DNA from: Glycera tridactyla
Lineage: Eukaryota
DNA: 64,000 nt
Reading direction: 5' to 3'
Assembly: GCA_965644265.1 (NCBI GenBank)
Contig: OZ286461.1
Location: 29,822,001 to 29,886,000, forward strand
In this document: positions 61,542 to 64,000 of the stretch, piece after piece
How positions within the stretch are numbered: position 1 is the stretch's first letter
Layout of the letters: each line of letters opens with the position of its first letter
Notes under the pieces: model-generated
The model's input: only the letters and a program-made list of their open reading frames with translations
Database searches by the model: none
Told to the model about the DNA's origin: nothing
Position numbers and translations under genes: made by a program

Positions 61542-61982
61542 CAAAATCTGTCAAGTTGAATCGTGGCGGGTGCGATTTTCGCCCTAGCATCGCGAATTCG
61601 TATTGGATTGAGATGAGATCCAGCGGCCGGCTATGTTGACATCTGCGGCGACTAGGCATCTAATATCAACGAGGTTCCATTGAATATTTCACCATAGAGC
61701 GCCAAATATGTAAATTTCACGCTGCTTCAACAGCGAGTGCGGCGGCGGTATCTCCCCTGTTTCATACAAGATTTCGCCGATAATGCCGGTGGATTCGCCG
61801 TATAAATGCAATAAAATGATGGCGTATTCTCTTGAAAAGCGTACAAAATACCCGAAATCAGGTTTGATAATCGCTGGAAGACCTGTACAATCCATTCGTG
61901 CCATTAGATGTCAACTCAGACGAAAATTCACGAATTTTGCGTGTGAAACGTACCCGCCACATTTGGATTTGACAGAGTTTTA
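61542..61982. mobile_element. TIR DNA transposon family F, second copy
   Basis: AAAATCTGTCAAGTTGAATCGTGGCGGG...CCACATTTGGATTTGACAGAGTTT; homologous to 23041-23480. Confidence 0.85.
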
Positions 61983-62182
61983 CAGACTTTGTCGACATTT
62001 CCGGTGACTAGAAATGTGATCAGGTTGGAGTTCACCTTTATATATCACCCGAGGGTGCCAGCTACGCTGATTCCACGCTGCTTTTACCTGGGTCTAGGAT
62101 ATGCGTGTCCCCGCATTCATGCAGAGGTCGGCGGCCATATCACCATCATTTCTTGCACAAACGCCCGACGATAATGTCGGCA

Positions 62183-62960
62183 GTTTGTTTGTTTGTTTGT
62201 TTGAGGCTTAACGGCATGTATCAACCCACAGGATTATGTATGCCGTGTGTTCCTGGTTAATGAAAGCTAGATGGTCTCTCCCCTGCAGACATCTCTCTCA
62301 CAAACCCTGAACACAAGATGATGGGGAACTCCCTCAAAGGTTGTCAAGTGGAAGTAGCTGATGGTTCAGACACACCCCTACCAACTCTAACTCTACAAAA
62401 AAGACATATTGAACCTGATCATGGCATATCTAACTATGTAACTGGCTGGAAGCTAACACTCAAGCCTGATAGCTATGCTTTTTTTTACGCAAAGCGCAGT
62501 ACTTGAAACAAGGAAAAGCATTAGGTTCGGAGATTACTCAAACAATGTCTTCAATTACGAACTGTCAACTTCAAACCAGCTTTACAATAATGGCTTGCCC
62601 TATGCTTGCAATACAATGCCATCACACAACCTAGTAAACCTAGTCGCAGCCCTAGTGACCCAGAACTGGTGTGCCTGGTACCCGCGTTTTGCATAGTGAC
62701 AATATCTGCTACAGGCAAACCATCAGCTACCTACACCTGAGACCATTTCACTGAAGAAATAAGAAATAGCTTAGAGGGATAGAAAAGAGGTCAAGAAAAA
62801 GAAATCTGGTGATAGTGCAATTTTGGTAGAAAATGCCTAAAGATAGATGATAGAAAATTTTGAAGGTATGTTTTCATTCAACCCCCCATTCCAAAAGATA
62901 TTGAGAAGAAGAGAAGGGATGATGCTACACCTAGGCCACATCATCCCCGATGGCAACACT
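62183..62960 (-). mobile_element. Longest retroposon family A copy (780 bp or more) with (CAAA)n tail
   Basis: Contains all segments found in the shorter copies. Confidence 0.85.
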
Positions 62961-64000
62961 TCAGAGTTAAAGTCCCGTGCCCATTGGTGGCTGCCATCTA
63001 TAGAGACCCTGGAGATTCGTCGTATAGACGGAATGTAGTGAGAGCGACCCCTGTACAAAATCACTCAGACTTTGGTTTGGTTTAGGTCTAACGGCAGGTA
63101 ACACCCAGGATGTCTATTATCGGCTAATATTTGTATGCGAAACACGGCCACCTCACTTGCCGCGAAATTGGCATATTTGGCGATCTAAGGTGAAATATAC
63201 AAGGGAATCTCGCCGGGATTGCATTTCTAGTCGTCGAAGATGTCAACAATGACTGTACGTGAGTCTCATTCCAAACCGATGCGGATCCGCGATGTTTGGG
63301 CGAAAAACGTACCCGCCACTATACCTTCATATCAAGGAACCTCCACACCTTTCTTTGACCATGTTGAGTATTTTGTATTCAGGGTATGTTTGATATCATC
63401 AGTGCACTCAGAGCTATGTCTCTGAAATATCTGCCAATCATACACAATAGTGATTTCAAGCTCTACACAACAGGCACCCTTGGTCCCATGAAAGGGGGTC
63501 CTCCTTGATGGGAGGCCTGTATAGAAGAGATAGCGGGTTATAGTGTAAACTACTATCAGTCGTGTGAACTTGGCTTCTGTGGGCAGGTGGTCTTGACTTC
63601 TCTACAATCTCAGAGAAATGCACAACAAATATATTTATTGTTGTTCGTTGGTGACATCTCTGCACATACGTTAGGCAGATGATCGTTAATAATGGAAGGA
63701 CGACGACAAAACAACACTGCAATCTCATTAGCTAGCCAAAACTCGTGATAATTTTGAATGATTTTTTGTGATCAATTATGTATATAGCAAACAGGAAAAG
63801 CTGATGCCTAACAAAACGGATATGGCATTTCAGTGCATCGCAGTTGAAGAGAGTCATAAGAACGGCCTGCGAAATGCGCATATGTGCATATTTGCTGGTC
63901 CATTCCACCATGGGTGGTGTATTCTTTCCTCCAAGACTGAAAGAGCGGCACAACTCCAATGTCAAATCGATTGCCCTATTTACATTGCTGCTGGAGGCGT

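Noticed and set aside
1-64000. Prokaryote-type defence system, operon or viral insertion
   Set aside because: No dense intronless gene cluster, Shine-Dalgarno-led ORFs or viral hallmark genes; all supported genes are spliced.

Overview
Repeat-rich, intron-containing animal genomic DNA (probably a marine invertebrate such as a lophotrochozoan; inferred from repeat style and gene content) with eight N-gaps. Three spliced genes can be rebuilt with GT-AG boundaries and consistent reading phase. (1) A + strand quinone oxidoreductase-like protein 2 (zeta-crystallin/MDR family): 9 coding exons, 15488-26266, 372 aa. (2) A - strand secreted protein with signal peptide, two DM9 repeats and a C-terminal PAN/apple-like module: 4 coding exons, 40060-33230, about 248 aa. 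(3) A - strand PH-domain protein with an acidic tail ending in EPVYV: 4 coding exons, 56528-48498, 295 aa. A fourth - strand gene starts at 2247 (MPPKRRG...) but its downstream exons are unresolved. The rest is transposons and repeats: Tc1/mariner-type MITEs, hAT-like elements with 5- and 6-bp TSDs, a Ginger-like element, a P-like element with a THAP relic nested in a SINE, a Helentron/HINE-like element, several retroposon families, long hairpin elements, a 58-bp satellite and microsatellites. There is no CRISPR array or prokaryote-type system. The best candidate for an undescribed system is the secreted DM9-DM9-PAN lectin-like gene. All family assignments are by eye and need HMM/BLAST confirmation.
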